Origin: a phage
Sequence record: OZ335963.1
Direction: 5' to 3' (one strand)
Length of the DNA: 64,000 nucleotides
Numbering within the stretch: the first letter of the stretch is position 1; every line of letters starts with the position of its first letter. This document shows positions 39,355 through 49,985 of the stretch, piece after piece. The translations under genes were made by a program, and so were the position numbers. The notes below the pieces were generated by a model. It searched no databases. It was not told where the DNA came from and was given only the letters and a program-made list of their open reading frames with translations.

Positions 39355-39723
39355 TTAATTACCAATCGTATATTTAGGAACGAGTTTCCATTCGTGTTTT
39401 TGTTTAAAAGAAATAACTCGGAAGTTATTGGTTAAATCTTTCATAAAAGTTCTTTGACCAGGAACGATTTCAATCAGCCCCCAATCTTCTAACAGCCACG
39501 CAATCGAATCACGACGAACTTCATCTTCTTCTGTCATTTCAACCTGACGGCCATCCATACGAAGCATTTCTTTAAAATGAACGATATAGTATAGTCCTTT
39601 TTTCTGAAGAATATGACAGGACTGATACAGAACTTTATCTTTATTATTAGCAATTCCCATACGAGTCAAGGTTTCTTTTACTTTCAGAAAATCTTCAGGT
39701 TTTTTAAGAGTAATTTCAATCAT
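39355..39723 (-). CDS. regA: translational repressor RegA
   Basis: 122-aa ORF, same length and position as T4 RegA. Confidence 0.85.
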   Translation of the reverse strand: MIEITLKKPEDFLKVKETLTRMGIANNKDKVLYQSCHILQKKGLYYIVHFKEMLRMDGRQVEMTEEDEVRRDSIAWLLEDWGLIEIVPGQRTFMKDLTNNFRVISFKQKHEWKLVPKYTIGN

Positions 39724-39724
39724 T

Positions 39725-40288
39725 TTACCATTCCAATGCTAGTTTTTTGAGTTGTTTCTGTTCTTTTACGTTCTTAGTCACTTCTTTTAAAAAATCATCC
39801 GTGACTAAACCTTTTAGTTCTTTTAATACTAAAGGAAGTTTTCCATTTTTAGTAAGAATTGATTTATAGTTAATTGCATCATTTGTATTAACTTGATACC
39901 GCTTAGCAAGTAACTTAATAATCAATACTTCAGTAGAATCTTCGACCAGTTTTGCCCATTTACCATATCTTTTACCACGAGGAACAGCAGCCATCAGATA
40001 ATTAAAATGGGCTTCATCGCTTAAACCTGATCCAATTAAATTCATAGCATATACAGCTGGCATGCATTCAGGAAATTGTGATAATGCATTCTCAACCATG
40101 TATTTTGAATAATCTTTTTGAGCAATAGAGCATTTAGTTTTATTATTAATAGCTCCAATTATTTCAAAAAATTCATTTTCAGCTTTTTCCTTAAAAGAAT
40201 CAGCAGCAGATTGGACAGCTGTCCAATCTTTTGAATACCAAGCAACTTGATGCTCGTTTAATTGAATATCATCTTCAAATAAGCTCAT
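39725..40288 (-). CDS. 62: clamp loader small subunit gp62
   Basis: 187-aa ORF between regA and 44. Confidence 0.85.
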   Translation of the reverse strand: MSLFEDDIQLNEHQVAWYSKDWTAVQSAADSFKEKAENEFFEIIGAINNKTKCSIAQKDYSKYMVENALSQFPECMPAVYAMNLIGSGLSDEAHFNYLMAAVPRGKRYGKWAKLVEDSTEVLIIKLLAKRYQVNTNDAINYKSILTKNGKLPLVLKELKGLVTDDFLKEVTKNVKEQKQLKKLALEW

Positions 40289-40289
40289 A

Positions 40290-41264
40290 TCACTTCCACT
40301 GCATTTCGCATGCCAATTGAATGAAAAGATATGCTAAATGTAATTCCGTATTAGCCGCAATTCCATGATACTGGTTATTTTCACCAACAATTTCATACAT
40401 ACGAATAATACTTTGCGGAGTTACGCGTGTATAGATTTCTTCGGCAAGTTTACCTACGAACCACGAATAATCAGCTGCATATTTTGGCGCTAAAGCTCTG
40501 AGCTGTTTAACATCTTTATTTTTGAGAGATTCAAGAACATCATCAATAGCACCACGATCGTTAGTAACCAGTGATAAAATACCAGCATCCAAAACACCTT
40601 TAGATGAATAACTATCGAGCTCGCCAATAGTTTTACGAAAATCAGGAAAATTCTTTTTAACCAAAGCTGCTACAACTTTCATATCAGCTATAGCAATTCC
40701 TTCATGCTTGCAGATTTCAGTCAATCGACGAATCATCTGCTTCATCATTTCAATTTTATCTTCATCAGTCGGTTGACCGAACGTAATAACTCGGCAGCGT
40801 GACTGAAGCGGTTTAATAATACCATCAATATTGTTAGCAGTAATAATAATACTACAGTTTGAACTATAAGCTTCCATAAAGGAACGAAGATGCCGCTGAG
40901 ACTCTGCTAACCCTGAACGGTCAAATTCATCAATAACGATTACTTTTTGACGACCATCAAATGAAGCTGCGCTAGCAAAATTAGTCAAAGGACCACGAAC
41001 GAAATCAATTTTACAATCTGACCCATTTACAAACATCATATCAGCATTTACATCATGACACAATGCTTTTGCTACAGTTGTTTTACCTGTTCCTGGAGAA
41101 GGAGAATGAAGAATAATATGTGGAATCTTACCTTTACTTGTAATAGATTTAAAGGTTTCTTTATCAAAGGCGGGAAGAATACATTCATCGATAGTAGATG
41201 GACGATATTTCTGTTCAAGAATGTGTTCTTTTTCATTTACAGTAATCATAATTTCCTCATTCAA
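40290..41264 (-). CDS. 44: clamp loader large subunit gp44 (AAA+)
   Basis: 324-aa ORF with Walker [11 protein letters not shown]. Confidence 0.9.
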   Translation of the reverse strand: MNEEIMITVNEKEHILEQKYRPSTIDECILPAFDKETFKSITSKGKIPHIILHSPSPGTGKTTVAKALCHDVNADMMFVNGSDCKIDFVRGPLTNFASAASFDGRQKVIVIDEFDRSGLAESQRHLRSFMEAYSSNCSIIITANNIDGIIKPLQSRCRVITFGQPTDEDKIEMMKQMIRRLTEICKHEGIAIADMKVVAALVKKNFPDFRKTIGELDSYSSKGVLDAGILSLVTNDRGAIDDVLESLKNKDVKQLRALAPKYAADYSWFVGKLAEEIYTRVTPQSIIRMYEIVGENNQYHGIAANTELHLAYLFIQLACEMQWK

Positions 41265-41300
41265 GTTTTAGTGTAAATTATAAAGGGCCGAAGCCCTTTA

Positions 41301-41987
41301 TTAAAAATCGTGGGTAGAATCAGCTTCAAGAGCTACTACATAATTCGCATGTTCACCTTCAAATTTAGCAGCACCTTGTTTACCTTTTGCCCAGAGCAGA
41401 AGTTTATAATTTCCTGGTTGCATTTTCATATTTGCCATATTGATAATGAAATTAAATGTATTTTCACCATCATAATCACCAAGAGTCAAAGAATATTTAA
41501 CACGGGTCAAAGCAGAATCTTCTACTTTGTTAAAACCGTTAATTACGATTTTACCTTCTTTTACTGTGATAGCAATTGTATCAATCTGCAGACCACGAGA
41601 TACACGCAACAGCTGTTGAAGGTCTTCAGCTTTAATTTCGGTAACAACAGATGCTACCGGGAATGGAATTGGTTTATTAGGAGCAACTACTGTACTTGGA
41701 TCGGCTGCTGGCCAAAAAATTGTTGAACGAGCATCAGCAATTTTAATATTTCCATCTTCTGACTGGGAAATTTCTGCATCGTCATTAACTAGGGACAGAA
41801 TACCGAGAAAACCGTTCAAATCGTAAATTGCTACATCAAAATCAATGGTGTCAGAAATATTTGCTTCCGCATAAGTTGTACCATTAACTGCGCGAGTCAT
41901 AATAAATTGACCGGATTTAAGCATAATACCAGAGTTAATAGTAGCGAAATTTTTAAGCAGAGCAGTAGTATCTTTAGACAGTTTCAT
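41301..41987 (-). CDS. 45: sliding clamp gp45
   Basis: 228-aa ORF, same length as T4 gp45, upstream of gene 44. Confidence 0.9.
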   Translation of the reverse strand: MKLSKDTTALLKNFATINSGIMLKSGQFIMTRAVNGTTYAEANISDTIDFDVAIYDLNGFLGILSLVNDDAEISQSEDGNIKIADARSTIFWPAADPSTVVAPNKPIPFPVASVVTEIKAEDLQQLLRVSRGLQIDTIAITVKEGKIVINGFNKVEDSALTRVKYSLTLGDYDGENTFNFIINMANMKMQPGNYKLLLWAKGKQGAAKFEGEHANYVVALEADSTHDF

Positions 41988-42042
41988 GTAATTTCCTTCA
42001 ATTCAAATGAGATTTAATTTTATAACTAATTTAATAAAGCAA

Positions 42043-42432
42043 TTAACGATTAAAATCGGCAGCAATTGTTTCCGCAACAAGTTGAGCAGCAACAATTAGA
42101 CGTTCATCTGCATTACCGCAATAATCATCTTCAAGGCGTTCACCACATGAAGTCATAATAAATTTAGCACCAGCATTTAAAGATTCTGTCGTATGTTTGC
42201 GCATTAGTTCAATCCATTTATTGCTTACTTCACGATCGATAGCTTCATAATACGCATGACGAGCAGGTGCAGATTTAATTTTATTCTGAATAACTTCCAT
42301 CGCGTTATCAGAAAGAGACAAAACCCATGCTCGACGAATTTTATTTTGATTTTGTGGATTTGATTCAGAACGCACGTGTTTTGGCTGAATATCTTTTACA
42401 TCAACAGTATAATTCACAGTAATTTTAGTCAT
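42043..42432 (-). CDS. rpbA: RNA polymerase binding protein RpbA
   Basis: 129-aa ORF at rpbA position between 46 and 45. Confidence 0.75.
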   Translation of the reverse strand: MTKITVNYTVDVKDIQPKHVRSESNPQNQNKIRRAWVLSLSDNAMEVIQNKIKSAPARHAYYEAIDREVSNKWIELMRKHTTESLNAGAKFIMTSCGERLEDDYCGNADERLIVAAQLVAETIAADFNR

Positions 42433-42441
42433 AATACACCT

Positions 42442-42630
42442 TTAGTCATAATAATCAGTAACAGTCCAAGCTTCATTTCTGTTGGACATTATTTTCGTAT
42501 ATTCTGCTTTAAATGCATTCTTAAGCATAGATTCAGTAACTATATGCTCTTCATTAGAAAAATTATTTCTCAGAATATATCGTTTTATTTCAGGAATAGT
42601 TAATAGATGCTGTCCAGTTGAATATTCCAT
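42442..42630 (-). CDS. hypothetical protein, 62 aa (45.2-like)
   Basis: Small ORF between gene 46 and rpbA. Confidence 0.5.
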   Translation of the reverse strand: MEYSTGQHLLTIPEIKRYILRNNFSNEEHIVTESMLKNAFKAEYTKIMSNRNEAWTVTDYYD

Positions 42631-42685
42631 GTTTTTCCTCCATAGAGATTATACTCTAATAAATTAAAGCATAATCTCTTATAAA

Positions 42686-44368
42686 TTAAACCATTACAGT
42701 AAATCGACCAACTTTCTTCATTTGAAGATGTTGACCGTATGCTTGCGGGTCATGGTCTCTATGTGAAATAACAAAAACATTAGTATTTTTTAAACTATCT
42801 AAAATAGTTGAAATAGCTTTTACGCCTTCAACATCGGTTGCTGAATCAAAAACTTCATCAAGAATTAATGTGTTTATTTTAACACCTGAAACTTTTTCGG
42901 CAATATCACGCCAAGTAAATAAAAGAGCAATATCAATTCGTGCTTTTTCACCTTGACTGAATGAAGCATAACTAAAATCTTCACGACCACGGGATTTAAT
43001 TGTCTCATTAAATTCTTCATCTAATGTAAACACATAATCCGCTTCCATTATTTTAAGATAATGGTTAATCTGCTTATTAAATAATGGAATGTACTTTTTA
43101 ATAATAGCACCTTTAATACCAGAATCTTTGAGCATATCAGTCAAAATTCCTCTGTGGTATTTTTCCATTACTAAATTAGTTTTTGTCTTAACAATTTTAT
43201 CAAGTTCTTCTTGAAGCAGTGCTATTTCATCAGCATGGTCAATAAACTCGGATGATGCTTTTTCTATAGCTGCTTTAACTTTTTTAGCTTTATCTACCGT
43301 CGTGATTAGAGATTGCTTTTTATTGCGAATATCATTCGCCAACGTCTGCTGGGTTTTAATATTATCTCGGTATTCATCAACGAGAACTTTTAAATTATCA
43401 CGATGTGTTGAAAGCTGTTCAAACGAATGCGTGCATTCAGAAACTTTATCTTTAATTTTAGAAACAACTTTATCACCGGAACTTAATTGTGACAAACAGG
43501 TTGGACATAATCCACCTTCGTGATACATATTAATGACTTTATTATACGAGTCAATTTTTGATTTAATTAAAAATGCTTCTTGACCGATTTTATTAAATGC
43601 ATCAGTGGGGTCTTCATCCAAAACAATATTAACTAATCTTTCATTAGCTTCTTCTATTTCCGATTTTAGCGTTCTAGCTTCTTTTGCCAAATCATCATAC
43701 ATATTCTGCAGACGAGTAAGGTTATCACCGGTTAATTTTTTCTGACGTTCAACGTTATCATTATATATTTTAATTTGTTGGATAATACTATCTTTTTTAA
43801 CATCAAGCACTTGGTTTTGTGAATTTAATTCACGTATTAGTGCTTTATTAAGCTTATCCATTTCAGCTAATGTTCCTACCTCGAGTAGGTCTTCGACAAG
43901 CTTTCTTCTTGCAGGAGTGGATAGGCCCATAAAAGGGGTATATCCAGCCGTGCCGAGTACGACGATCTGTTTGAAACTGGCGTATGACATTCCGATAAGC
44001 TGTTCAAATTCTGCTTGGAAATCTTTACTGCTGGCAGATTCATTAAGACGTGTACCGTTAACGGTGATTTCGAAAACATTCGGTTTTTGTCCTCTTTTGA
44101 TATAGTACTTTTTCTCATCATATTCCATCCACAGTTCAACTAAAAGTTCTTTCTTATTTGTGCTGTTTATTAATTGACCTTTCTTTACATCACGAAATGG
44201 CTTGCCAAAAAGCCCAAATGTGATGGCTTCTAACATAGTAGACTTACCACCGCCATTTCGTCCAGTAATAAGAGTTTTTTGAACCTTATCTAGTTGAATG
44301 TCAATAGGATTTCCACCTACTGACATTATATTTTGATACCTAACTCGGTTTAGTTTAAAATTCTTCAC
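42686..44368 (-). CDS. 46: recombination endonuclease subunit gp46 (Rad50/SbcC-like)
   Basis: 560-aa ORF; Walker A GRNGGGKST; long coiled-coil middle; zinc-hook CPTC. Confidence 0.9.
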   Translation of the reverse strand: MKNFKLNRVRYQNIMSVGGNPIDIQLDKVQKTLITGRNGGGKSTMLEAITFGLFGKPFRDVKKGQLINSTNKKELLVELWMEYDEKKYYIKRGQKPNVFEITVNGTRLNESASSKDFQAEFEQLIGMSYASFKQIVVLGTAGYTPFMGLSTPARRKLVEDLLEVGTLAEMDKLNKALIRELNSQNQVLDVKKDSIIQQIKIYNDNVERQKKLTGDNLTRLQNMYDDLAKEARTLKSEIEEANERLVNIVLDEDPTDAFNKIGQEAFLIKSKIDSYNKVINMYHEGGLCPTCLSQLSSGDKVVSKIKDKVSECTHSFEQLSTHRDNLKVLVDEYRDNIKTQQTLANDIRNKKQSLITTVDKAKKVKAAIEKASSEFIDHADEIALLQEELDKIVKTKTNLVMEKYHRGILTDMLKDSGIKGAIIKKYIPLFNKQINHYLKIMEADYVFTLDEEFNETIKSRGREDFSYASFSQGEKARIDIALLFTWRDIAEKVSGVKINTLILDEVFDSATDVEGVKAISTILDSLKNTNVFVISHRDHDPQAYGQHLQMKKVGRFTVMV

Positions 44369-44628
44369 AAAAGATTCCTTTTAATGTATCTTTTAGACCA
44401 TTCTATCATATCATCATAATCTAAAAAGTATTCATCAAATTCAGCCATGCAAACAACACCTTGTGCTGCCTTTGATGTGATATAAATTATTCCAACATAT
44501 CTAGAATCTTCTTCGGTGTAATCAATATTTGCTATGAATTCATCGTTAATGTCAAATGTCGAAAACTTCACAGTATGCATCCTTAATACAAGATACAGCC
44601 ATATCTTGTAATGATTTAGGTGTGTCAT
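44365..44628 (-). CDS. hypothetical protein (46.1-like)
   Basis: ORF between 47 and 46; true start may be the internal ATG. Confidence 0.45.
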   Translation of the reverse strand: MTHLNHYKIWLYLVLRMHTVKFSTFDINDEFIANIDYTEEDSRYVGIIYITSKAAQGVVCMAEFDEYFLDYDDMIEWSKRYIKRNLL

Positions 44629-44815
44629 TATCTAAAATGTTGAAATTAAAAGATACAGCCCAATCAGTGCAGACCGTAACCTTTTTAATACAATTATCTT
44701 CAACCTCTAGCGGTTCAAACCAATATTCAATAATTTCTTTATGCCCAATATCATCTTTTACTTCGCATTCAAAATGCTGACTCATCATAACATTTTTAAA
44801 TTCATCAAAAGTCAT
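44552..44815 (-). CDS. hypothetical protein, 87 aa
   Basis: ORF; start overlaps gene 47 stop. Confidence 0.45.
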   Translation of the reverse strand: MTFDEFKNVMMSQHFECEVKDDIGHKEIIEYWFEPLEVEDNCIKKVTVCTDWAVSFNFNILDNDTPKSLQDMAVSCIKDAYCEVFDI

Positions 44816-45831
44816 TGTGTTGCCTCTACATATAACTGATTTGCATATTGAATAAGTGCTTCGCGGTCAGAATCAGTGATGTCTGGAATTGCATTAATGT
44901 ATTCTTCCATCAACATCTGAAGAGATTGAACTTCAACTTCTTCACTATCATCTGACTCGACAGAGTTATCAATCTTTGACACAACTCGTAATGAATGCAC
45001 AACTTTTTCTAGTTCAGATTCGAACTTCGTTAGATTTTTGTCTACTTCAGTTACTATAACACGCACTGATAGATTTGTAAAATCTTTATAGTCAATTTTT
45101 CCCTTAAATGGATACTGAATTCGACGATGCCAGGTGGTGTTGTTTGGAATAAATTCCATTCGTTCTGTTTCTGTATCAAACATCCAGAACCCGCGAGGGT
45201 CATTCTCGTCACCTGCAGTTAGTGTCCATGGTGTCCCAATATATCTGACGTTAGCAGCCTCAGAGATAGTATGGAAGTGACCAGACCACACCTCTTTATA
45301 AGTCTTAAGGAAATCAGGTTCAAGACCATGAGATTTCATTCCTTTATAAAAATAAAATCCATTCAGTTCCCAGTGACCAACACAAAAAGAAGCAGATGAA
45401 GTTTTGATGTGTTCAAGAATTTCACCAGTATTTTCTTCGCACATCCAAGGAATTAAATCAATCAAACATCCGTCAAAATCTACTGTAGTAGGCTTATCAT
45501 ATACTTTAACATTAGGATATTTAGCCAAAAGCTCAGTAGAAGCATTTGGAGTTAAAGTATTTTTAAAGTGCATATCATGGTTTCCTACAACAGTATGTAG
45601 GGTAATACCAGCATCATCAAGCATTTGAACTATTTCACGGGCGAATTCCATAGTTTTATGCGTGATTGCTTTTCGCACATCAAAAATATCGCCGTATTGA
45701 ATCCATGTAGTAATTCCATTTTTCTTAGAATATTCTATTGCTTGTTTAATTCCATCCAACTGAATGGATTGAACCCACTCATCATCGGCTTTAACACCTA
45801 AATGCCAATCACCTAAATTTAAAATTTTCAT
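44812..45831 (-). CDS. 47: recombination nuclease gp47 (Mre11/SbcD-like)
   Basis: 339-aa ORF; calcineurin-like phosphoesterase motifs (GDWH, GNHD). Confidence 0.9.
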   Translation of the reverse strand: MKILNLGDWHLGVKADDEWVQSIQLDGIKQAIEYSKKNGITTWIQYGDIFDVRKAITHKTMEFAREIVQMLDDAGITLHTVVGNHDMHFKNTLTPNASTELLAKYPNVKVYDKPTTVDFDGCLIDLIPWMCEENTGEILEHIKTSSASFCVGHWELNGFYFYKGMKSHGLEPDFLKTYKEVWSGHFHTISEAANVRYIGTPWTLTAGDENDPRGFWMFDTETERMEFIPNNTTWHRRIQYPFKGKIDYKDFTNLSVRVIVTEVDKNLTKFESELEKVVHSLRVVSKIDNSVESDDSEEVEVQSLQMLMEEYINAIPDITDSDREALIQYANQLYVEATQ

Positions 45832-45968
45832 ATATCAAGAACCGTCATTGAAATGCAAAATAAAATTATTGAAATAAATCCATCTGGAGTGCTAAAGAAC
45901 CCAATCCAACATGCTCTAGTGAATAGATAAAATGCGAGAAAAAGTATCACATATCCAAGAAATATCAT
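45828..45968 (-). CDS. small membrane protein, 46 aa
   Basis: Hydrophobic ORF (MIFLGYVILFLAFYLF...) whose stop overlaps the gene 47 ATG. Confidence 0.35.
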   Translation of the reverse strand: MIFLGYVILFLAFYLFTRACWIGFFSTPDGFISIILFCISMTVLDI

Positions 45969-46007
45969 TATATCAAACTCCGTATAAAGCTAAAGGGCCG
46001 AAGCCCT

Positions 46008-47210
46008 TTATTTTGTAATAATGTCAAACTGTTCTTTAAAGCAGAAGCTTGAATCTTGATGCTGATACAAAAATTCATAAGCTTTTTCGCGTTCACGGTC
46101 ATAAAGATTTCGGTCAGATGACAGTTCTTTAATACGCTCAAATGTTGATTCCATGTCATTTTCATCAAACCAAACGATACCGCTATCATGAGAAATTAAC
46201 GGAGTATTATCAACACGGAATTTTAAATTTTCGCCAGTAGATTTCCAAAATACCGGAATTGTTCCACACGCACCAAGCTCGAGATGAGTATATTCTAAAG
46301 AACGTTGTAGATATTTTTTGTCCAACTTACTCAACTGATAACCAAATCCGGATTTACTCATGCGTTCAAGCATCTCGCTATTTACATAACGGTCAAGAAT
46401 TTGCGTTGGCAAATTAGGAGCAATTTTAATTTGGTCTACTTGATGAAGACGATAATATTCGTATGGAATTCCTTTTTCTTTAATAGGAATGAACGCTGGA
46501 GAACGTTCCAGACCTTCCATAATAGTACTTAGCCCAGCAGGTTTAAGATGTTTTTCGTGAAAATCAAACATCTGATAAAAACCTTTCCATGTAGTCGTAC
46601 GACCAATCCAACGGTTGACATTCATGTTAATTTCAGAAACATCTTTCCAGTAGGTTGATCGAACCTTCGCAATATCCATAGGAGGCTGAAAGTTGTATAC
46701 AGTCGGTGCTTCTTCAATATCGTCAAACAGTGAAACAGTTTCTGGATACCATTCTTTCATCAGAACTTTATTAAAATCACCATTATCAGAATGACTAAAA
46801 ATAACATCAGCTCGGCGAACAGTTTCTTCTAATCCCAAATTTCGGCGCAAAGAAAGAGAAGAATGGTCATGTTGATAAACTACAACACGAACCGAAGGTT
46901 TAATGTTATCAATAATTTTTTTATAGTTATTAATAGTGTCTTCTTCGACTGAAGTAGCAGGAACTGAATTGATAATTAGAATATCACAATCATTTACCAG
47001 CTTAAGTGTTTTATCGTATTCTTTTGCCAATAAAACCGGAATTGAAAATGATTTATAATCATGCGCGCAATTACGGGTAAATGATTTATCTTTAGCATAA
47101 ACCAAAGTTACTTCATGACCATTTTTAATAAACCAATCACGTTGCTCAAGAGAAAATTTAGTTACGCCACAACCTTCAAGACCTCGAGCCATAAAAATGC
47201 ATACTTTCAT
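46008..47210 (-). CDS. agt: alpha-glucosyltransferase
   Basis: 400-aa ORF, same length and position (between 55 and 47) as T4 alpha-gt. Confidence 0.8.
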   Translation of the reverse strand: MKVCIFMARGLEGCGVTKFSLEQRDWFIKNGHEVTLVYAKDKSFTRNCAHDYKSFSIPVLLAKEYDKTLKLVNDCDILIINSVPATSVEEDTINNYKKIIDNIKPSVRVVVYQHDHSSLSLRRNLGLEETVRRADVIFSHSDNGDFNKVLMKEWYPETVSLFDDIEEAPTVYNFQPPMDIAKVRSTYWKDVSEINMNVNRWIGRTTTWKGFYQMFDFHEKHLKPAGLSTIMEGLERSPAFIPIKEKGIPYEYYRLHQVDQIKIAPNLPTQILDRYVNSEMLERMSKSGFGYQLSKLDKKYLQRSLEYTHLELGACGTIPVFWKSTGENLKFRVDNTPLISHDSGIVWFDENDMESTFERIKELSSDRNLYDREREKAYEFLYQHQDSSFCFKEQFDIITK

Positions 47211-47276
47211 TTAATATCCTCATTGTTTTGGTTTATTTTACCAAAAATTTATAAAGCAATATAGGAGCCGAAGCTC

Positions 47277-47660
47277 CTATCCGCATAATACACCATACAG
47301 AGGCTCATTAGAGCTTCTAAATTTTATGCGTTTATGTGTTATAGTTCCTTCTGCTTTAGCTTTATCATGAGACTCTTTAAAGCGTCTCATCATTTCTACT
47401 TTAGAGGAACGAATTTTATTATAATCTATTTCACAAGTCTGGGCGTTCATCTTTCACAGTTGCCACCATTTTTTGACTTGATAGGAATCAACCCACACTT
47501 TCATATTAGGGTCTGCTCTTACAATAGGAGGATTAACTTCTTTAATTGAACTATCGTGGTATTCTTTTTCAGAAATTTTCACACAAAGATGACCATTCAA
47601 AGATTCAGTAAATCCTGCATTAATTTTAAGACGCTTGAATTTTACGTGTGTAAGCATCAA
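47277..47660 (-). pseudogene. ORF interrupted by an in-frame TGA (68 aa + 57 aa), possible degraded or two-part gene
   Basis: 47454-47660 ends at TGA; same frame reopens with ATG two codons later and runs to 47277. Confidence 0.3.
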
Positions 47661-47943
47661 TCATATCCTCAATCTGCGATCTAGTAGTCTTCCAAAGAAT
47701 ACTAATGAGTTCATCGTTATATGGCTGTTTTAGAATATCCCGACTTTTCTTGATAGCATATTCGTATTGAGCAAAATTATTGTTTTCAGCTGCAATCTGA
47801 GCGTGCTTATAAAGACGGTTCAGTTCGCGTTTGTTTTTAGACAATAACTTATTTGCTTTTCTTTCTGCTTCAAGACGGTTCTTTTCTTCAAGAGAAGAAA
47901 TAAGCTTTTCCACTTCATCATTAATTTCGGGTTTATCAGTCAT
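47626..47943 (-). CDS. hypothetical protein, 105 aa
   Basis: Coiled-coil-like ORF downstream of gene 55. Confidence 0.45.
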   Translation of the reverse strand: MTDKPEINDEVEKLISSLEEKNRLEAERKANKLLSKNKRELNRLYKHAQIAAENNNFAQYEYAIKKSRDILKQPYNDELISILWKTTRSQIEDMIDAYTRKIQAS

Positions 47944-47944
47944 A

Positions 47945-48163
47945 TTATTTCTCTAATATAAAATAAAAATCATCATCTGTTAAATGATACCGATAGTTTA
48001 ATTCTACACCATTAGATTTAAAAGCGGTATCATACGGATTTTCTGGATCAATATCAATGTCAAGAGCTAAAACTTCCCTGAGATACATTTTAAGTAAATA
48101 GGGAATAGCTTCAACTTCAGGTATTTCTTCCAAGAATCCGGAGAGGTTAATCGTTAGCCTCAT
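47945..48163 (-). CDS. hypothetical protein, 72 aa
   Basis: ORF. Confidence 0.45.
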
Positions 48164-48710
48164 ATAAAAAATCCAAACTAGGAGAATCGTCTACAACACT
48201 TTTCTTTTCAGCCCCCGGTGTTCTATAGGTTGATTCTTCGTAATGCGTCATTTTATCGTAGATGTCTTGAATAAAAGTTTCATCTACTAACGCAACCATA
48301 TCGTCGTCACGACTGTCATAGACATTGTGAACGAAGTAACTATATTTCTTTGCAACTTCCTTACGTTCTTTTTTAATACGCTGGACGAATGCATTAAAAC
48401 AAGCTTGAGTTATATATGCATGTGGGTTTTTATATTTCGTTTCATCAAAATTATGAAGCCCCTTAATAGAAGCTTCTATACCATCTGCAATCATTTCTTG
48501 TTTCCAAGATTGGGTGTATCCTGAAAAGTTGAAACGTTTAGATAAGCCTTCTGCGATAAGCATAATGGCTAATCCGATAGTATCATTCTGACGAACTACT
48601 TTATTTGGGTCTTTATTATTTGCTAATTCTGTTTTCCAATCAATAATAGCTTGTAAAAGCTCTTTATTGTTTACGTAATTATATTTAGGCTTAGTTTCTG
48701 ACATTTTCAC
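48147..48710 (-). CDS. 55: late sigma factor gp55
   Basis: ~185-aa ORF matching T4 gp55 by recall ([24 protein letters not shown]...). Confidence 0.85.
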
Positions 48711-48782
48711 CTCTTAGCTCAATTCATAGATCTATTATATCATAATATTTGAAGATCTATCTTAAAGCATAGAGGATATCAG

Positions 48783-49052
48783 TTATCTAAGTAAGCAGTA
48801 TGCTTGGAATACTTTCTCCATCATCTTTTTAAATTCATGAATATCTATATAATGACTAGTTAAATCAGCATGATATAAAAAGTCTAAAAACTTTTCATGT
48901 GTGCTAACATATTCACTTTCATTTAATTCAGAAACATGGCTTTCCCAATATCCAACACCAGTCTTATTTGGGAAAAATGAAATTTTCATATATTGGTCAA
49001 CATAGAAAATTCCATAATTTTCAATAGTAATAGAAATATTAATAAATTTCAT
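48783..49052 (-). CDS. hypothetical protein, 89 aa
   Basis: ORF. Confidence 0.45.
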   Translation of the reverse strand: MKFINISITIENYGIFYVDQYMKISFFPNKTGVGYWESHVSELNESEYVSTHEKFLDFLYHADLTSHYIDIHEFKKMMEKVFQAYCLLR

Positions 49053-49270
49053 ACATTCATCAACTTAGCCGCTTCAAGAGCTGCATCTAGTGAATCAAAT
49101 TGGTCAACGTATTCAATCAATTCGCCGTAATTAGCGTATAACCACCATTGGCTAAATTCATACTCAAGGATGAATCCATTTCCTTCAATTTGAGTTAAAC
49201 CAATGCCGTTTGTATTTACTTCATATCCAGCAAGACGCAAATCGTTAATAAGAGCTTCGTTCATATTCAT
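49049..49270 (-). CDS. hypothetical protein, 73 aa
   Basis: ORF, 4-nt overlaps with neighbours. Confidence 0.45.
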   Translation of the reverse strand: MNMNEALINDLRLAGYEVNTNGIGLTQIEGNGFILEYEFSQWWLYANYGELIEYVDQFDSLDAALEAAKLMNV

Positions 49271-49593
49271 ACCTTAGCAATTTTCAGGTCAGCAAATTTT
49301 TTCTTGCGTTGATTTTTCATACGACGAATAGTTTTATCAGAAATTTCATGCTTTTGATAAGCTTTAGATTCTACACCAAAAGCTTTAACATCAAATTCTG
49401 ACAAGATATATTGAACCAACAATTCACGGACAGTATTGCGTCCAATCTTCTGATCATTCTGTTTCATCATCTGATGAAGCTCTTTTTCCCATTTATCCAA
49501 AATTTGAGGAGTTACAATATCGCCTTTTTCTAACAAAGAAACTACTTTATCATATGCGTAAGAATTGATGGCGTTTTTAATTTGAATAGTCAT
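49267..49593 (-). CDS. hypothetical protein, 108 aa
   Basis: ORF. Confidence 0.45.
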   Translation of the reverse strand: MTIQIKNAINSYAYDKVVSLLEKGDIVTPQILDKWEKELHQMMKQNDQKIGRNTVRELLVQYILSEFDVKAFGVESKAYQKHEISDKTIRRMKNQRKKKFADLKIAKV

Positions 49594-49621
49594 ACATTAT
49601 CCTCAATTACATTAAAATTTT

Positions 49622-49647
49622 ATTATCCAAAAAGGGCCGAAGCCCTT
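49622..49647 (-). terminator. UUCG-loop hairpin with U-tract (terminator)
   Basis: aagggcttcggccctt followed by TTTTTGGATAATAAAATTTT on minus strand. Confidence 0.5.
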
Positions 49648-49846
49648 AGCTAAACTTTTTGGCACCCTTCCAGCCTTCGTACATCATTGCGGCTGATATT
49701 AATATTGCTCCTGCGCATTTTGAATATTTGTGATTCCAAAACCAGTTTAGAAAAACTTCGTCATCAATACCTTGGGCTATCATATTTTCAAAGAACTGAC
49801 GACGAGATTCAGCAATTCGTTGCGATAATTTAGATTCAGGATTCAT
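49646..49846 (-). CDS. hypothetical protein, 66 aa
   Basis: ORF. Confidence 0.45.
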   Translation of the reverse strand: MNPESKLSQRIAESRRQFFENMIAQGIDDEVFLNWFWNHKYSKCAGAILISAAMMYEGWKGAKKFS

Positions 49847-49978
49847 TTAAATTTTCCAGTTACCATTTTCATCAATAAATTTAATCCAGTCATTTACTGA
49901 CCACTTGGTCGTATCGCCCTTTGGAGCAACATTTAAAGTGTATAATCCTTGTTTAAAAAGCATGCGTTTGATATTCAT
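49847..49978 (-). CDS. hypothetical protein, 43 aa
   Basis: Start at ATG with GAGGAAAAT SD (MNIKRMLFKQG...). Confidence 0.35.
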   Translation of the reverse strand: MNIKRMLFKQGLYTLNVAPKGDTTKWSVNDWIKFIDENGNWKI

Positions 49979-49985
49979 ATTTTCC

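Noticed and set aside
45968-46189. 73-aa minus-strand track ORF overlapping the 3' end of alpha-gt
   Set aside because: It lies within the alpha-gt coding region in another frame; the shorter membrane ORF 45828-45968 explains the real coding potential there.
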